A stretch of 64,000 bases of DNA, from positions 192,001 through 256,000 of the forward strand of contig CAWGSK010000009.1 in NCBI GenBank assembly GCA_963825055.1, written 5' to 3'. Of this stretch, positions 38,725 through 48,534 are shown piece by piece. The stretch's first letter is position 1, and each line of letters begins with the position of its first letter. Source of the stretch: an uncultured Gemmatimonadales bacterium. GTDB taxonomy: Bacteria > Gemmatimonadota > Gemmatimonadetes > Gemmatimonadales > GWC2-71-9. The position numbers were made by a program, and so were the translations under genes. The notes beneath the pieces are model-generated. The model had not been told where the DNA came from. It ran no database searches and saw nothing but the letters and a program-made list of their open reading frames with translations.

Positions 38725-39330
38725 GTGAGAGAAGGACATGTCGACGCCCTGCTGCTCGCCGCCGGCCGCGCCTCCCGCTTCGGCGGGCGCAAGCTGCTCG
38801 CCAGCCTGGACGGCGCCCCGCTCGCGACGCACGCGGCGCGGACGGTGCAGTCCCTGCTTGCGGACGGCACCCTCCGGCATGCCGTCGCCGTCACCGACGG
38901 GGATCCTGACCTCGGCGGGCTCCTGGCGTCGCACGGGTTCCGCGTTGCGCCCCTCGCAGGTCCCGCCCTTCCGCTCTCCGACAGCCTGCGCACAGGGATC
39001 GCCGCCCTGGAATCCGAGCGGCCTCCGGCAAGCGCCGCCCTCATTTTCCTGGCGGACCAGCCCCGCGTACATCCCGATGTCGCGCGCGCCATCCTGGTGC
39101 GCTGGCGCCGGGTCAACCGCCCCGTCGTTCGCCCCGGCTACAACGGCGAGCCGGGCGTCCCGGGCCATCCGGTCCTCGTCGCCCGCCCCGCGTGGCACTT
39201 CGTCGAGGCGCTCGAGGGAGACCAGGGGCTGTCGGCGTGGCTTCGCGACCGCCCTGGCCTCGTGGAGACCATTGCCGTCCCGGGACGCAACCCCGACGTG
39301 GACGAACCGGCCGACCTCGAGCGGGCATGA
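38725..39330 (+). CDS. MocA-like nucleotidyltransferase
   Basis: LAAG-x-x-SRFG-x-x-KL, LADQP, GHPV, GDQG, DVD. Confidence 0.85.
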   Translation: MREGHVDALLLAAGRASRFGGRKLLASLDGAPLATHAARTVQSLLADGTLRHAVAVTDGDPDLGGLLASHGFRVAPLAGPALPLSDSLRTGIAALESERPPASAALIFLADQPRVHPDVARAILVRWRRVNRPVVRPGYNGEPGVPGHPVLVARPAWHFVEALEGDQGLSAWLRDRPGLVETIAVPGRNPDVDEPADLERA

Positions 39331-39794
39331 GACTGACCTTTGCGGGTACCCAGGACGTGGCGGCGCCACGGGAATACGTGTGGGAGGGGCTGCTCGATCC
39401 CGAGGCCATCGGCGCCGCGGGCCCCGGGGTCGAGAACGTCGAGGTCATCGACGATCGCCACTATCAGGTCGTAACGGCGTTCGGTGTGGGGTTCCTCAAG
39501 CTGCGCTTCCGGGTCCACGTCGAGCTGGTGGAACTGGCGCCACCGGACCTGCTCCGCCTGAGCGCGAAGGGACACGCCCCGGGGTCAGACTTCGAAGCCC
39601 GTGTCCGTGTGGACCTGAGTGCTCCCGAACCTGGCCGGACCCTGCTCACCTGGGAAGCCGTGCCGGTGTTCGGCGGGATGGTCGCGCGCGTGGGAGCCCG
39701 CCTGCTGGAAGGCGTAGCCCGGGGGCTCACCGAGGAGTTCTGGCGTGACTTCGCGCGCGGTATCGAGCGGAACTGGAGAACGAATGGGGGATAG
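39327..39794 (+). CDS. CoxG/SRPBCC family protein
   Basis: VW-x-x-L-x-DP...PG, G-x-x-A-x-VG-x-RL. Confidence 0.85.
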   Translation: MRLTFAGTQDVAAPREYVWEGLLDPEAIGAAGPGVENVEVIDDRHYQVVTAFGVGFLKLRFRVHVELVELAPPDLLRLSAKGHAPGSDFEARVRVDLSAPEPGRTLLTWEAVPVFGGMVARVGARLLEGVARGLTEEFWRDFARGIERNWRTNGG

Positions 39795-40805
39795 ATGCGT
39801 GAGGTAGCGCGTGAGTTCGATCGTCTCGCCACCCACGGAGCCGTCGGCCGGGCGGTGATCACCTCGGTGTGGGGCTCTGCGCCACGCCCGCCGGGAGCCA
39901 CCCTCCTCGCGACGGCGGACGCGACCCTGGCCGGCTCGGTGTCCGGCGGGTGCGTCGAGACTGAAGCGGCCGCGGCCATTGCCGGCGCGGTCATGCGGAA
40001 GGAGGCCCGCCTCGTCTCCTATGGGGTGAGCAACGCGCGGGCCTGGGAGGTGGGGCTGGCGTGCGGCGGAACGATCGAGCTGCTTATCCAGCCCGCCGTG
40101 CCGGCCGGGGTCCTCGATGCCGCACGCGCCCCGTCGGGCCAGGTGTTCGCCACCCCGCTCGAGGGCGAAGCGATGGGCCGGACCGCCCCGGTTGATCCCA
40201 CCGGCAGCACCGCCCTCGAGATGGCGGCGGCCGAGGCGCTTGGGCGCGAAGCGGCGGGTACGGTAAACCTTCCCGAAGGCCGGGTATTCCTCGAGGTTTT
40301 TCCGCCCCAGCCGAGGCTGGTGATCTTCGGCGCCGGCCACATTGCCATTGAGCTGGTGCCGCTCGCGGCGGCGCTCGGGTTCCGGACCATTGTCGCCGAC
40401 GGGCGGGCGGCGTTCCTGACCCCCGAACGGTTCCCCGGTGCCGATGAGCTCATCAGGGGCTGGCCAGAGGAAGCGTTCGAGCGGGTCGGGCTCGACACGG
40501 CCACCTACGTCTGTGTGCTCTCACATGACCCGAAGTTCGATGAACCGGCCCTGGCCATCGCCCTTCCCTCCCGCGCGCGCTATGTGGGCGCCATCGGCTC
40601 GCGGAAGACCCAGGCGGAGCGCCGTCGGCGCCTCACCGACCAGGGGCTCCCGCCTGAGGCGATCGCCCGCCTTCGCGGGCCAATAGGCCTGAACCTCGGC
40701 GGACGGCGACCGGTGGAAACCGCGCTGGCGATTCTGGCCGAGATGGTCGCCGTGCGCTACGGCGGGTCAGGTGGGGCCCTCGCGCCGGCGCCTGCCACGA
40801 GGTAA
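39795..40805 (+). CDS. xdhC: XdhC/CoxI Moco insertion chaperone
   Basis: GSAPR, GSVSGGCVE, GLACGG, GAGH, HDPKFD, GAIGSRK, PIGL. Confidence 0.92.
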   Translation: MREVAREFDRLATHGAVGRAVITSVWGSAPRPPGATLLATADATLAGSVSGGCVETEAAAAIAGAVMRKEARLVSYGVSNARAWEVGLACGGTIELLIQPAVPAGVLDAARAPSGQVFATPLEGEAMGRTAPVDPTGSTALEMAAAEALGREAAGTVNLPEGRVFLEVFPPQPRLVIFGAGHIAIELVPLAAALGFRTIVADGRAAFLTPERFPGADELIRGWPEEAFERVGLDTATYVCVLSHDPKFDEPALAIALPSRARYVGAIGSRKTQAERRRRLTDQGLPPEAIARLRGPIGLNLGGRRPVETALAILAEMVAVRYGGSGGALAPAPATR

Positions 40806-40863
40806 GTGCCAGAGCGCCGGGTCGCACACGAAACTGCAGAAGAGGGGGATGGCTGCAAGTCGA

Positions 40864-41767
40864 CTACGGAACGACCGCTGTTCCCTCCTGTGCCACCAGG
40901 GCCCTGAACCACTCCTGGAGCTGCTGCCCGACGGGGCCGGGCGTTCCCCCGCCGATGGTTCTCCCATCCACCTCGGTCACGGCCGCAATCTCACCCATGG
41001 TGCCGGTACAGAAGCATTCATCGGCGCCGTAGACCTCCGTAAGCGAGATGTCGCGCTCGGCGTGGGACACATCGTGCCCGGCGCACAGCTCCAGCACCGC
41101 CTCGCGGGTGATGCCCTCGGGGCACGCGACCGTCCGGCTGGTGCTCACGGCGCCGTCCTGCACGATGAAGACATGCGTGGCATTGGTCTCGGCCACGAAC
41201 CCGCGCACGTCGAGCATCACGGCGTCATCCGCGCCGGCAATGTTCGCCTCGATCTTCGCCAGGATGGACTGCAGCAGGTTGGCATGATGAATCTTCGGAT
41301 CGAGGCAGTCCGGGGGGAAACGGCGGACCGAGCTGGTGATGAGTTTCAGGCCTGAACGGCCGTAGACCGGCGGCTTGTGCTCAGCGAGGACGATCAGCGT
41401 CGGTCCCGCCTGGTTGAGGCGCGGGTCCATGCCGGAAGTGATCTTGACCCCGCGCGTCAGGGTAAGCCGGATGTGCACGCCATCCCGCATCCCGTTTACC
41501 TCCAGGGTGCGCCGGATCTCCGCGACGATCGTGTCGTCTTCCGGAATGTCCTGGAAGGCCAGCGCACGCGCCGACTGCCGGAGCCGGGCCAGGTGGCGTT
41601 CCAGCCGGAAGATCCGGCCGTCGTAGAGCGCGGAGCCCCTCCCACACGGCATCCCCGCCCTGGACCACCGAGTCAAACGGGCTCACGCCCGCCCGGTCGC
41701 GATGCTCGAGTGTTCCGTTGATGTTGACGATCAGGTCACGGTTCTTCTCATTCCAGGCCTGGAGCAT
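40864..41767 (-). CDS. Class IV PLP aminotransferase, frameshifted near 41629
   Basis: GDAVWEGLR in one frame continues as LYDGRIF..HL-x-RL, ETNATH, GITR, GTMGE in another (one extra base). Confidence 0.88.
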
Positions 41768-41775
41768 GTCCCCGC

Positions 41776-42498
41776 TCAGTGCAGCCGGCTGGCGTGAAGT
41801 TCCTCGTAGAACGGCCGGCAGCGATCCACGAGTTCCTGAAGCCGGGGAGGCACGTCCGGTGCCTCCTCGCGCGGTGGAGCAAAGCCCGTTGAGCGCTCCA
41901 CCGCCTCGTACCAGTGGCGTGCCCAGATACCGTCGGTGTCCCGCCGGCCGGCAGGCCACCACAACATCCGGTCGGACCAGGGTACCCCGACTGCATCGCA
42001 GAGGCGGCGGAGCATGCCGGCGGGGTTCCGCAGGATGTCCGCCGAGTCCACCACGGGCGGTACAGCCCCGGTCCGGTCACGCACCTGGCGGAAGATCTCG
42101 ACCTGCTGCGGCAGTCCGGTATCCTCCAGCGAGGGCGAGGGGGTCTTGCGGTCCAGCGAGGCAAGCATGCGCGCCGGGTCCCGGATGAGGAAACAGTTAT
42201 CCAGGGTGTCCAGCCATCGCCGGTCCATGTCCGGCAACAGGTGGTGCGCCATGTGTTTCTGGTAGTAGACCGTGGCACCGCCGGGCTCTTCCTCCACCAG
42301 CCCCTGCACCACGCGCCGCCAGTCCGTGTCATGGTGCGCGATGACCTCATCCCGGCCGGGGTGCGCAACGTCCACCGCCGTCAGGTAGTGTGCGTAGAGC
42401 GGCTCGTCGCACACCACGGTGTCCTCGCGATTCCCCCATGAGCGCATCATGGCGGTGGAGATGTTGCGGGGCCCTGACCACATCGCCACGCGGATCAC
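41776..42498 (-). CDS. Sulfotransferase-like P-loop protein (BCAT-like-associated)
   Basis: MWSGPRNISTAMMRSW, DEPLY, QKHM, LIRDP, W-x-x-HWY-x-x-V-x-x-STGF. Confidence 0.85.
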   Translation of the reverse strand: MIRVAMWSGPRNISTAMMRSWGNREDTVVCDEPLYAHYLTAVDVAHPGRDEVIAHHDTDWRRVVQGLVEEEPGGATVYYQKHMAHHLLPDMDRRWLDTLDNCFLIRDPARMLASLDRKTPSPSLEDTGLPQQVEIFRQVRDRTGAVPPVVDSADILRNPAGMLRRLCDAVGVPWSDRMLWWPAGRRDTDGIWARHWYEAVERSTGFAPPREEAPDVPPRLQELVDRCRPFYEELHASRLH

Positions 42499-42499
42499 G

Positions 42500-42865
42500 T
42501 CAGGCCTGGCTGACGAGCCAGTCGAGCGCGGCGGCCTCGTCGTCGAACGCGCGCACGTTGCGGCGCGTGAGCCGGACCAGTGACGAATACACCACCCGCT
42601 GCAGCCCGGACAGGCCCACTACGGCCGACGCCCGGATGTATGGAGCGTTGGACTGCATGAGGTCACGGATGGCGGCCAGGATGGTCGCATCGAAGCGGGA
42701 CCCGGTCACGTCGGTCAGGACGAGGAGGGAGCCGGGGGCATGGTCCCTGACGGAAGCCTTCGCCTCCGCGATGGCCTCGAGCGCCCCCGGGCCCGCCATG
42801 ATCCGGGCGAAGTCGAACCGCAGGATGCGGTGGCCATCGTGTTCGAAGAAGCTCGCGCGTGCCAC
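42500..42865 (-). CDS. STAS/SEC14-like small protein
   Basis: L-x-DVTG, AVVG and terminal F-x-x-x-x-x-A-x-x-WL pattern. Confidence 0.6.
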   Translation of the reverse strand: MARASFFEHDGHRILRFDFARIMAGPGALEAIAEAKASVRDHAPGSLLVLTDVTGSRFDATILAAIRDLMQSNAPYIRASAVVGLSGLQRVVYSSLVRLTRRNVRAFDDEAAALDWLVSQA

Positions 42866-42990
42866 TGACGATCCTCCGGGCCCTGGTTCGGAATACACGG
42901 CCAGGCCCGCAACATAGCTTGGGCGCTCCCGGTCGGGAAACGACGGGGCGGGCTATATTGCGTGACCCCACCCCAGCCCGGAGCTCCCCG

Positions 42991-44667
42991 ATGTCGTTCC
43001 TCCCCTGGCTCGCCCTCTGGTGCGCCCCCGGACCGTCCGCGCCCCCCGTGTACGACGTGGTCATCCGCCACGCCAGCATCTACGACGGGAGCGGTCATGC
43101 CCCCGTCATCGGTGACATCGCCATCAGCGGCGATACAATTGCAGCGGTCGGGTTGGTGGCCGGGAAGGGCCGCCGGGAGATAGACGCCCACGGCATGGCG
43201 GTCGCTCCCGGGTTCATCAACATGCTGAGCTGGGCGACCGAGCCGCTCATCCAGGATGGCCGCAGCCTGAGCGACATCCGGCAGGGCGTCACCCTCGAGG
43301 TCTTCGGCGAGGGCTGGTCCATGGGTCCGCTGACCGGGGCCATGCGGCGCGAGGAACTGGCCCGTCAGGGCGACATCCGCTACGACATCCCGTGGACGAC
43401 GCTCGGGGAGTACCTGGAGTACCTCACCGGGCGCGGGATAACGCCTAACGTGGCAAGCTTCGTCGGCGCGACGACGATCCGCATCCATGTCATCGGGGAA
43501 GAAGACCGACAGCCTACCGCCGCCGAGCTGGACACCATGCGCCTCCTGGTCCGGCAGGCGATGGAGGACGGGGCCCTGGGCGTCGGGAGTTCCCTTATCT
43601 ACTCGCCGGCGTTCTACGCCGGTACGAACGAGCTCATCGAGATGTCACGGGTCGCCGGTGAATACGGCGGCATGTATATCAGCCACATGCGGGACGAGGG
43701 CCGGAACGTCCTGACCGCGCTCGACGAGCTGATCACGATCGCGCGCACGGCAGGGGTTCCGGCGGAGATCTACCACCTGAAAGCCTCTGGCCGGGCCAAC
43801 TGGGCGAAGCTCGATACCGTGATCGCCCGGGTGGAGCAGGCGCGCGCCGACGGGCTCCGCATTACTGCCGACATGTATACCTACCCCGCCAGCTCCACGG
43901 GCCTGGACGCCACGATGCCGCCCTGGGTACAGGAGGGCGGCCACGATGCCTGGGTCGCTCGGCTCCGTGATCCGGCCGTCCGGACGAAGGTGGTGGCGGA
44001 AATGCGGGGCGAGGGCGAGAACTTCGACAACGCGTTCGCGAACGCGGGAGGAGCGGGCGGGATCCTGCTCGTGAGCTTCAAGCAGGACAGTCTCAAGTAC
44101 CTGACCGGGAAGACGCTGGCGGAGGTCGCGGAGATGCGCGGCACGCCGCCGGAGGAGACCGCCCTCGACCTGGTCATCCAGGACGACAGCCGGGTGGGAG
44201 CGGTCTTCTTCACCATGTCCGAGGAGAACGTCCGGAAAAAGCTGAGGCTGCCGTGGGTGAGTTTCGGCTCAGACGGGGGATCGCTGGCACCGGAGGATCC
44301 CTTTACGCGCTCGAATCCCCATCCCCGTTCCTACGGCAACTTCGCCCGCCTGCTCGGCCACTATGTGCGGGACGAGAAGATCCTTCCGCTGGAAGCCGCC
44401 ATTCACCGGCTCACGCTGCTTCCCGCAACCAATCTCAAGCTCGACCGCCGCGGGGCACTGCGGCCCGGGTGGTACGCTGACGTCGTCGTGTTCGACCCGG
44501 CCACGATTACCGACCACGCCACCTTCGCGGAGCCGCACCAGCTCGCCACCGGGGTCCGGGACGTATTCGTGAATGGCGTGCAGGTGCTGCGCGACGGGGC
44601 CCACACCGGGGCCATGCCGGGCCGGGTGGTACGCGGCCCGGGATACCGGGGGCCGCTGCCGCGCTGA
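42991..44667 (+). CDS. N-acyl-D-amino-acid deacylase family amidohydrolase
   Basis: APGFINM, SHMRDE, HLK, GSDG, HPRSYG, G-x-x-ADVVVFD. Confidence 0.9.
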   Translation: MSFLPWLALWCAPGPSAPPVYDVVIRHASIYDGSGHAPVIGDIAISGDTIAAVGLVAGKGRREIDAHGMAVAPGFINMLSWATEPLIQDGRSLSDIRQGVTLEVFGEGWSMGPLTGAMRREELARQGDIRYDIPWTTLGEYLEYLTGRGITPNVASFVGATTIRIHVIGEEDRQPTAAELDTMRLLVRQAMEDGALGVGSSLIYSPAFYAGTNELIEMSRVAGEYGGMYISHMRDEGRNVLTALDELITIARTAGVPAEIYHLKASGRANWAKLDTVIARVEQARADGLRITADMYTYPASSTGLDATMPPWVQEGGHDAWVARLRDPAVRTKVVAEMRGEGENFDNAFANAGGAGGILLVSFKQDSLKYLTGKTLAEVAEMRGTPPEETALDLVIQDDSRVGAVFFTMSEENVRKKLRLPWVSFGSDGGSLAPEDPFTRSNPHPRSYGNFARLLGHYVRDEKILPLEAAIHRLTLLPATNLKLDRRGALRPGWYADVVVFDPATITDHATFAEPHQLATGVRDVFVNGVQVLRDGAHTGAMPGRVVRGPGYRGPLPR

Positions 44668-45132
44668 TCAGGAGGGACGCAGGTCGGGGGGGCCTATCAT
44701 CTCCCGGAGTTGACCCGCCACCCGGCGCTGGCTCTTCCGGTCCTTGAGCGCGAGGAAGATCGTGTCGTCCCCGGCGAGCGTCCCCACGACCTCCGGCCAT
44801 GCCAGCCGGTCGAGCGCGACGGCGACCCTGTTCGCCTCGCCGGGCGGCGTGTGCAGGACCACCATCGCGTCACCGGCAGTCTCCACCGTGAGGAGTCCGT
44901 CCACGATCCGCTTCTCGTCCGGATCGGTCACCACCACGACAGCCGCGGCGCGGGCGTAGATCCCATCCACCTTCACCAGCCGGAGAGCCGTGATGTCGCG
45001 GCTCACCGATGACTGCGTTACCTCCCACCCCTCCGCGCGGAGTGCCTCGGCCAGTTCTTCCTGCGTCTGCACCGGCCTCGTGCTGATGAGTTCCAGGATC
45101 TTGAGATGGCGCTTCGCGCGGACGGAGGTCAT
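44668..45132 (-). CDS. argR: Arginine repressor
   Basis: TQEEL, TQSSVSRD, GTLAGDDT. Confidence 0.95.
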   Translation of the reverse strand: MTSVRAKRHLKILELISTRPVQTQEELAEALRAEGWEVTQSSVSRDITALRLVKVDGIYARAAAVVVVTDPDEKRIVDGLLTVETAGDAMVVLHTPPGEANRVAVALDRLAWPEVVGTLAGDDTIFLALKDRKSQRRVAGQLREMIGPPDLRPS

Positions 45133-46520
45133 CCTGCCCTCCCCCGCCCGCCGGCCAGCCGGGCGATCGCGGCCTCGAAGCGGCGATGTTCCCGGGTGCG
45201 CCACCGTCGGGCGGCGCTGAGGCGCGCACGCGCCGCGGGGATGCCGGGATTCCCGGGGGCACCCGTGGCGCTCCGGCGGGACAGTACATCCCCGGCGCCC
45301 GGGACCGGTACATCCTCCCCGTCATGATATGCCTTCGACACCGCGCGGTAGGCTTCGCGGAACGGCGTGCCCTGGTCCACCCGCCGCATGACCTCGTCGG
45401 TGACGAGCAGTCCGCCCTCTCCCAGCATCTGGCGACCGCGCGCGCGGTCCACCTCGAGGTGCGGGATCATCCGTCCCAGCATGTCCAGGGCGCCCTCGAG
45501 CTGGTCGAGACCCCGGAAGAGCGGTGCCTTGAGCAGCTGGAAATCGCGATGGTACCCGGACGTCAGGTTCGAGCGCAGCGCCAGGACAGCGGCAAGGTCC
45601 CCGGCCAGCGTGGCCATGCGGCCCCGGGTCAGCTCGAAGACGTCCGGGTTCCGCTTCTGCGGCATGATGCTGGAGCCGGTGGTGAACTGTTCCGGCAGGC
45701 GGAGCAGCCCGTACTCCGCGGCGGAGAAAAGGATTGTGTCGCTCGAGAAGCGCGAAAGGTCATGTCCCACCTGCACGCACCAGAAGAGCACGGCGGCCTC
45801 GAGCTTCCCGCGCCCGTTCTGGACCGTCGCCACGTTGTGGTCGAGGCCTCCGAATCCGAGGGCACGCTGGACCGCCTCCCGGTCGAGCGGCAGCGGAACA
45901 CCGTAGCCCGCGGCGCTGCCGAGCGGCGAGCGGTCCACCTGGCCCCAGAGCGCCTGCAGCGCCTCCAGTGAATCGAGCAGTCCCTCCGCGTGCGCGGCCG
46001 CCCAGAGGCCGGCGGTGGAAGGCATGGCAGCGCGCGTGTGGGTGTAGCCGGGCCAGAGCGCGGTCCGGTAGCGCGTGGCGAATCGCAGCAGCCCGCCCGT
46101 CAGGTGATCGATGGAAGCGTGTGCCTCGAGGAGACGGTCCTTGAGGTACAGGCGGAGGTCCACGGCTACCTGGTCGTTGCGGGAGCGCCCGGTGTGAATC
46201 CGCCCGCCATCCTCGCCAATGCGGCGGGTGAGCCACTTTTCCACCGCGGAATGGGCGTCCTCGTCCCGGGCACCAATAGCCAGGGATTCGTCGTCGACGG
46301 CCCGGAGTGCAGCCCGGAGGCCGGCCCTGAGCCGCGTGTACTGTGCACGCGTGACCAGGTCCGCACGCCGCAGCCCCTCCAGATGGCCCAGACTCCCCAG
46401 CACATCCCAGTAGAGCAGCCGGCCGTCCAGGTCCCGGTCATCGCCCACGGTGTACGCGAGCATGGCGGGATCGGCCCCCGCCCCGCCCCAGAGGGCATCG
46501 CCCTTCCGCTTCGGAGTCAT
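45129..46520 (-). CDS. argH: Argininosuccinate lyase
   Basis: HTGRSRNDQ, PGYTH, SPLGS, GSSIMPQKRNPD, GYHRD. Confidence 0.95.
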   Translation of the reverse strand: MTPKRKGDALWGGAGADPAMLAYTVGDDRDLDGRLLYWDVLGSLGHLEGLRRADLVTRAQYTRLRAGLRAALRAVDDESLAIGARDEDAHSAVEKWLTRRIGEDGGRIHTGRSRNDQVAVDLRLYLKDRLLEAHASIDHLTGGLLRFATRYRTALWPGYTHTRAAMPSTAGLWAAAHAEGLLDSLEALQALWGQVDRSPLGSAAGYGVPLPLDREAVQRALGFGGLDHNVATVQNGRGKLEAAVLFWCVQVGHDLSRFSSDTILFSAAEYGLLRLPEQFTTGSSIMPQKRNPDVFELTRGRMATLAGDLAAVLALRSNLTSGYHRDFQLLKAPLFRGLDQLEGALDMLGRMIPHLEVDRARGRQMLGEGGLLVTDEVMRRVDQGTPFREAYRAVSKAYHDGEDVPVPGAGDVLSRRSATGAPGNPGIPAARARLSAARRWRTREHRRFEAAIARLAGGRGRAG

Positions 46521-47587
46521 GACAGGTACTCCCGGGCCAGTTGCGCGTAGAAATCCACCGCGTCGGAAACCTCGGCCAGCTCGACGCATTCGTCGGGTGT
46601 ATGCGAGCGGCGACTCGTACCGGGTCCGCACTTGACCGCGTCGCAATGCCGCAGGAACACCCAGTCGGAGCAGGTTGGGCTTCCATAGGACGAGGCGGTC
46701 GGACGCGCGCGCAGCGCGGCAGCCAGGAGGGCGGAACCAGGCGGGGTCTCGCAGGGCACCAGCCGGTCGGAGGTGACGATGACCTCGGACTCCAGCTCGC
46801 GTCGCAGCACATCGGCCAGCTCCACGTGGGTCCAGGAGGGCGTGCTCCGCACGTCGAGAATGGCACGGGCCACCGGTGGCGTCACGTTCCGGCTCACGCC
46901 TGCCTCGACCATCGTGGGCGTGATGGTGGGCTGGCCGAGCACGGGATGAGGCCGGTCCTGGGCGAGCGAGGCCAGTCGCACCAGGTCGTGGGACAGCAGG
47001 AGGAGCGCGTTGGCGTAGGCACCATCGTCTGCCGCACGCCCTGCATGCCGCTGGTCTCCTCGCGCCACGAGGTCAATCATCATCAGTCCCCGCTGGGCTA
47101 CGGCGAACTCCAGGTTGGTGGGCTCCCCGATAACCGCGGCATCGATGCGGCCGGCGCGTGCAACCGCCTCGGGCATCGTGGTGTGCCGGGTCTCCTCGCC
47201 ATGGCCGAAGATCAGGAGCAGCCTCCCACCGATCCCCGGCTGCTCCGCGCCGAGCCGCATGGCTGCCGCGAGCATCGCCGCGACGGAGGCTTTTGCGTCC
47301 CCCGACCCGCGCCCGTAGAGGCGGCCCTCCCGGACCTCGGCCCCGAACGGGTCGCACGTCCACCCCTCGCCGGGCGGGACGACATCCAGGTGGGATACGA
47401 GCGCCAGCGTGCGTCCTCCCGCCGGTCCGACCTCGACCCGGACGCCGGCCTCGTCGCGGACGACATCGAGACCGGCCTCGCGCGCGCGCGCCGCGACCAG
47501 CGTGGCGACGGCTTCCTCGTCCCCGCTGACGGAGGGCGTCCGGACCAGTTCCCGGAGGAGCGCGTGCTCAGTCGGCGAGGTCGACAT
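46517..47587 (-). CDS. argE: M20 deacylase (N-acylcitrulline/ornithine deacylase)
   Basis: SHLDVV, GRGSGDAK, EE, GEP, SHTPDE; located inside the arg operon. Confidence 0.88.
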   Translation of the reverse strand: MSTSPTEHALLRELVRTPSVSGDEEAVATLVAARAREAGLDVVRDEAGVRVEVGPAGGRTLALVSHLDVVPPGEGWTCDPFGAEVREGRLYGRGSGDAKASVAAMLAAAMRLGAEQPGIGGRLLLIFGHGEETRHTTMPEAVARAGRIDAAVIGEPTNLEFAVAQRGLMMIDLVARGDQRHAGRAADDGAYANALLLLSHDLVRLASLAQDRPHPVLGQPTITPTMVEAGVSRNVTPPVARAILDVRSTPSWTHVELADVLRRELESEVIVTSDRLVPCETPPGSALLAAALRARPTASSYGSPTCSDWVFLRHCDAVKCGPGTSRRSHTPDECVELAEVSDAVDFYAQLAREYLS

Positions 47588-48497
47588 CCAGGTAGGTCGC
47601 CTTCTCCTTCCGGCCCACGATCATCGTGCCGCAGCCCGCCCCGGTGAACACCTCCTGGAGCAGCGCGTCAGGCGTGGCGCCACCGATGATGTGCGTACGC
47701 TCCACCCCGCCGGTCGCGGCACGAATGCACGCCTCAACCTTGGGCCGCATCCCCCCTGCGAGCGCCCCGCTGGCCATGAGAGTCGCAAGGTCGTCCGGAT
47801 CCGCGAAAGCGACCAGCGAGGACGGGTCCTCCCGGTTCCGCAGCACTCCGGGAGCGCCGGTCAGGAAGATGAGCTTCTGCGCGCGGAGCGCGGTGGCCAG
47901 CGCCTCGGCTACGGTGTCCGCATTGATGTTGTAGACATTCCCATCGGCGTCGCCGGCGAGGCTTCCCACCACGGGCACGTACCGTGCGTCGAGCAGGACC
48001 GTCAACAGCGCCGGATCCACCCGGTCGATGTCACCAACGTGCCCGAAATCCACCTCGCGGCGGTTGCCGTCATCGTCCACGATGGTCACGGGCGGGCGCC
48101 GGTGAGCCGTGATCAGCGCGCCGTCCAGGCCGCTGATGCCGACGGCATGCACCTCGTGCTCCCGCAACGCCGAGAGCAGGTCGATGCTGAGCGACCCGCC
48201 ATAGACCATCTTCGCCACCTCGAGTGTCGCATCGTCCGTGATACGACGCCCGGCCACCATGCGGGGCTCCACCCCGAGGCGTCGGCTGGTCTCGCTGGCC
48301 TGGGGTCCACCGCCGTGCACCAGCACGATCCGGATCCCCAGCGAACTGAGCAGGGCGACCTGGCCCGCAACCTCCTCCAGCACGCTGCGGTTCGCCAGCA
48401 CCTCCCCTCCAAGCTTCACGACGAAGATCTGGTCGCGATAAGCCCGGACATATCGCAGGGCGCCCTTGAGTCCCGCGATTCCACGCGAGGTGTTCAT
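47568..48497 (-). CDS. argB: N-acylglutamate kinase (no GNAT domain)
   Basis: VKLGG, VHGGG, GRRITD, NINAD, GGMRPK, GTMI; 309 aa. Confidence 0.92.
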   Translation of the reverse strand: MNTSRGIAGLKGALRYVRAYRDQIFVVKLGGEVLANRSVLEEVAGQVALLSSLGIRIVLVHGGGPQASETSRRLGVEPRMVAGRRITDDATLEVAKMVYGGSLSIDLLSALREHEVHAVGISGLDGALITAHRRPPVTIVDDDGNRREVDFGHVGDIDRVDPALLTVLLDARYVPVVGSLAGDADGNVYNINADTVAEALATALRAQKLIFLTGAPGVLRNREDPSSLVAFADPDDLATLMASGALAGGMRPKVEACIRAATGGVERTHIIGGATPDALLQEVFTGAGCGTMIVGRKEKATYLDVDLAD

Positions 48498-48534
48498 CGT
48501 CCGCCTCCTCCTCGTTCGCCACACGGCGGCCGGA

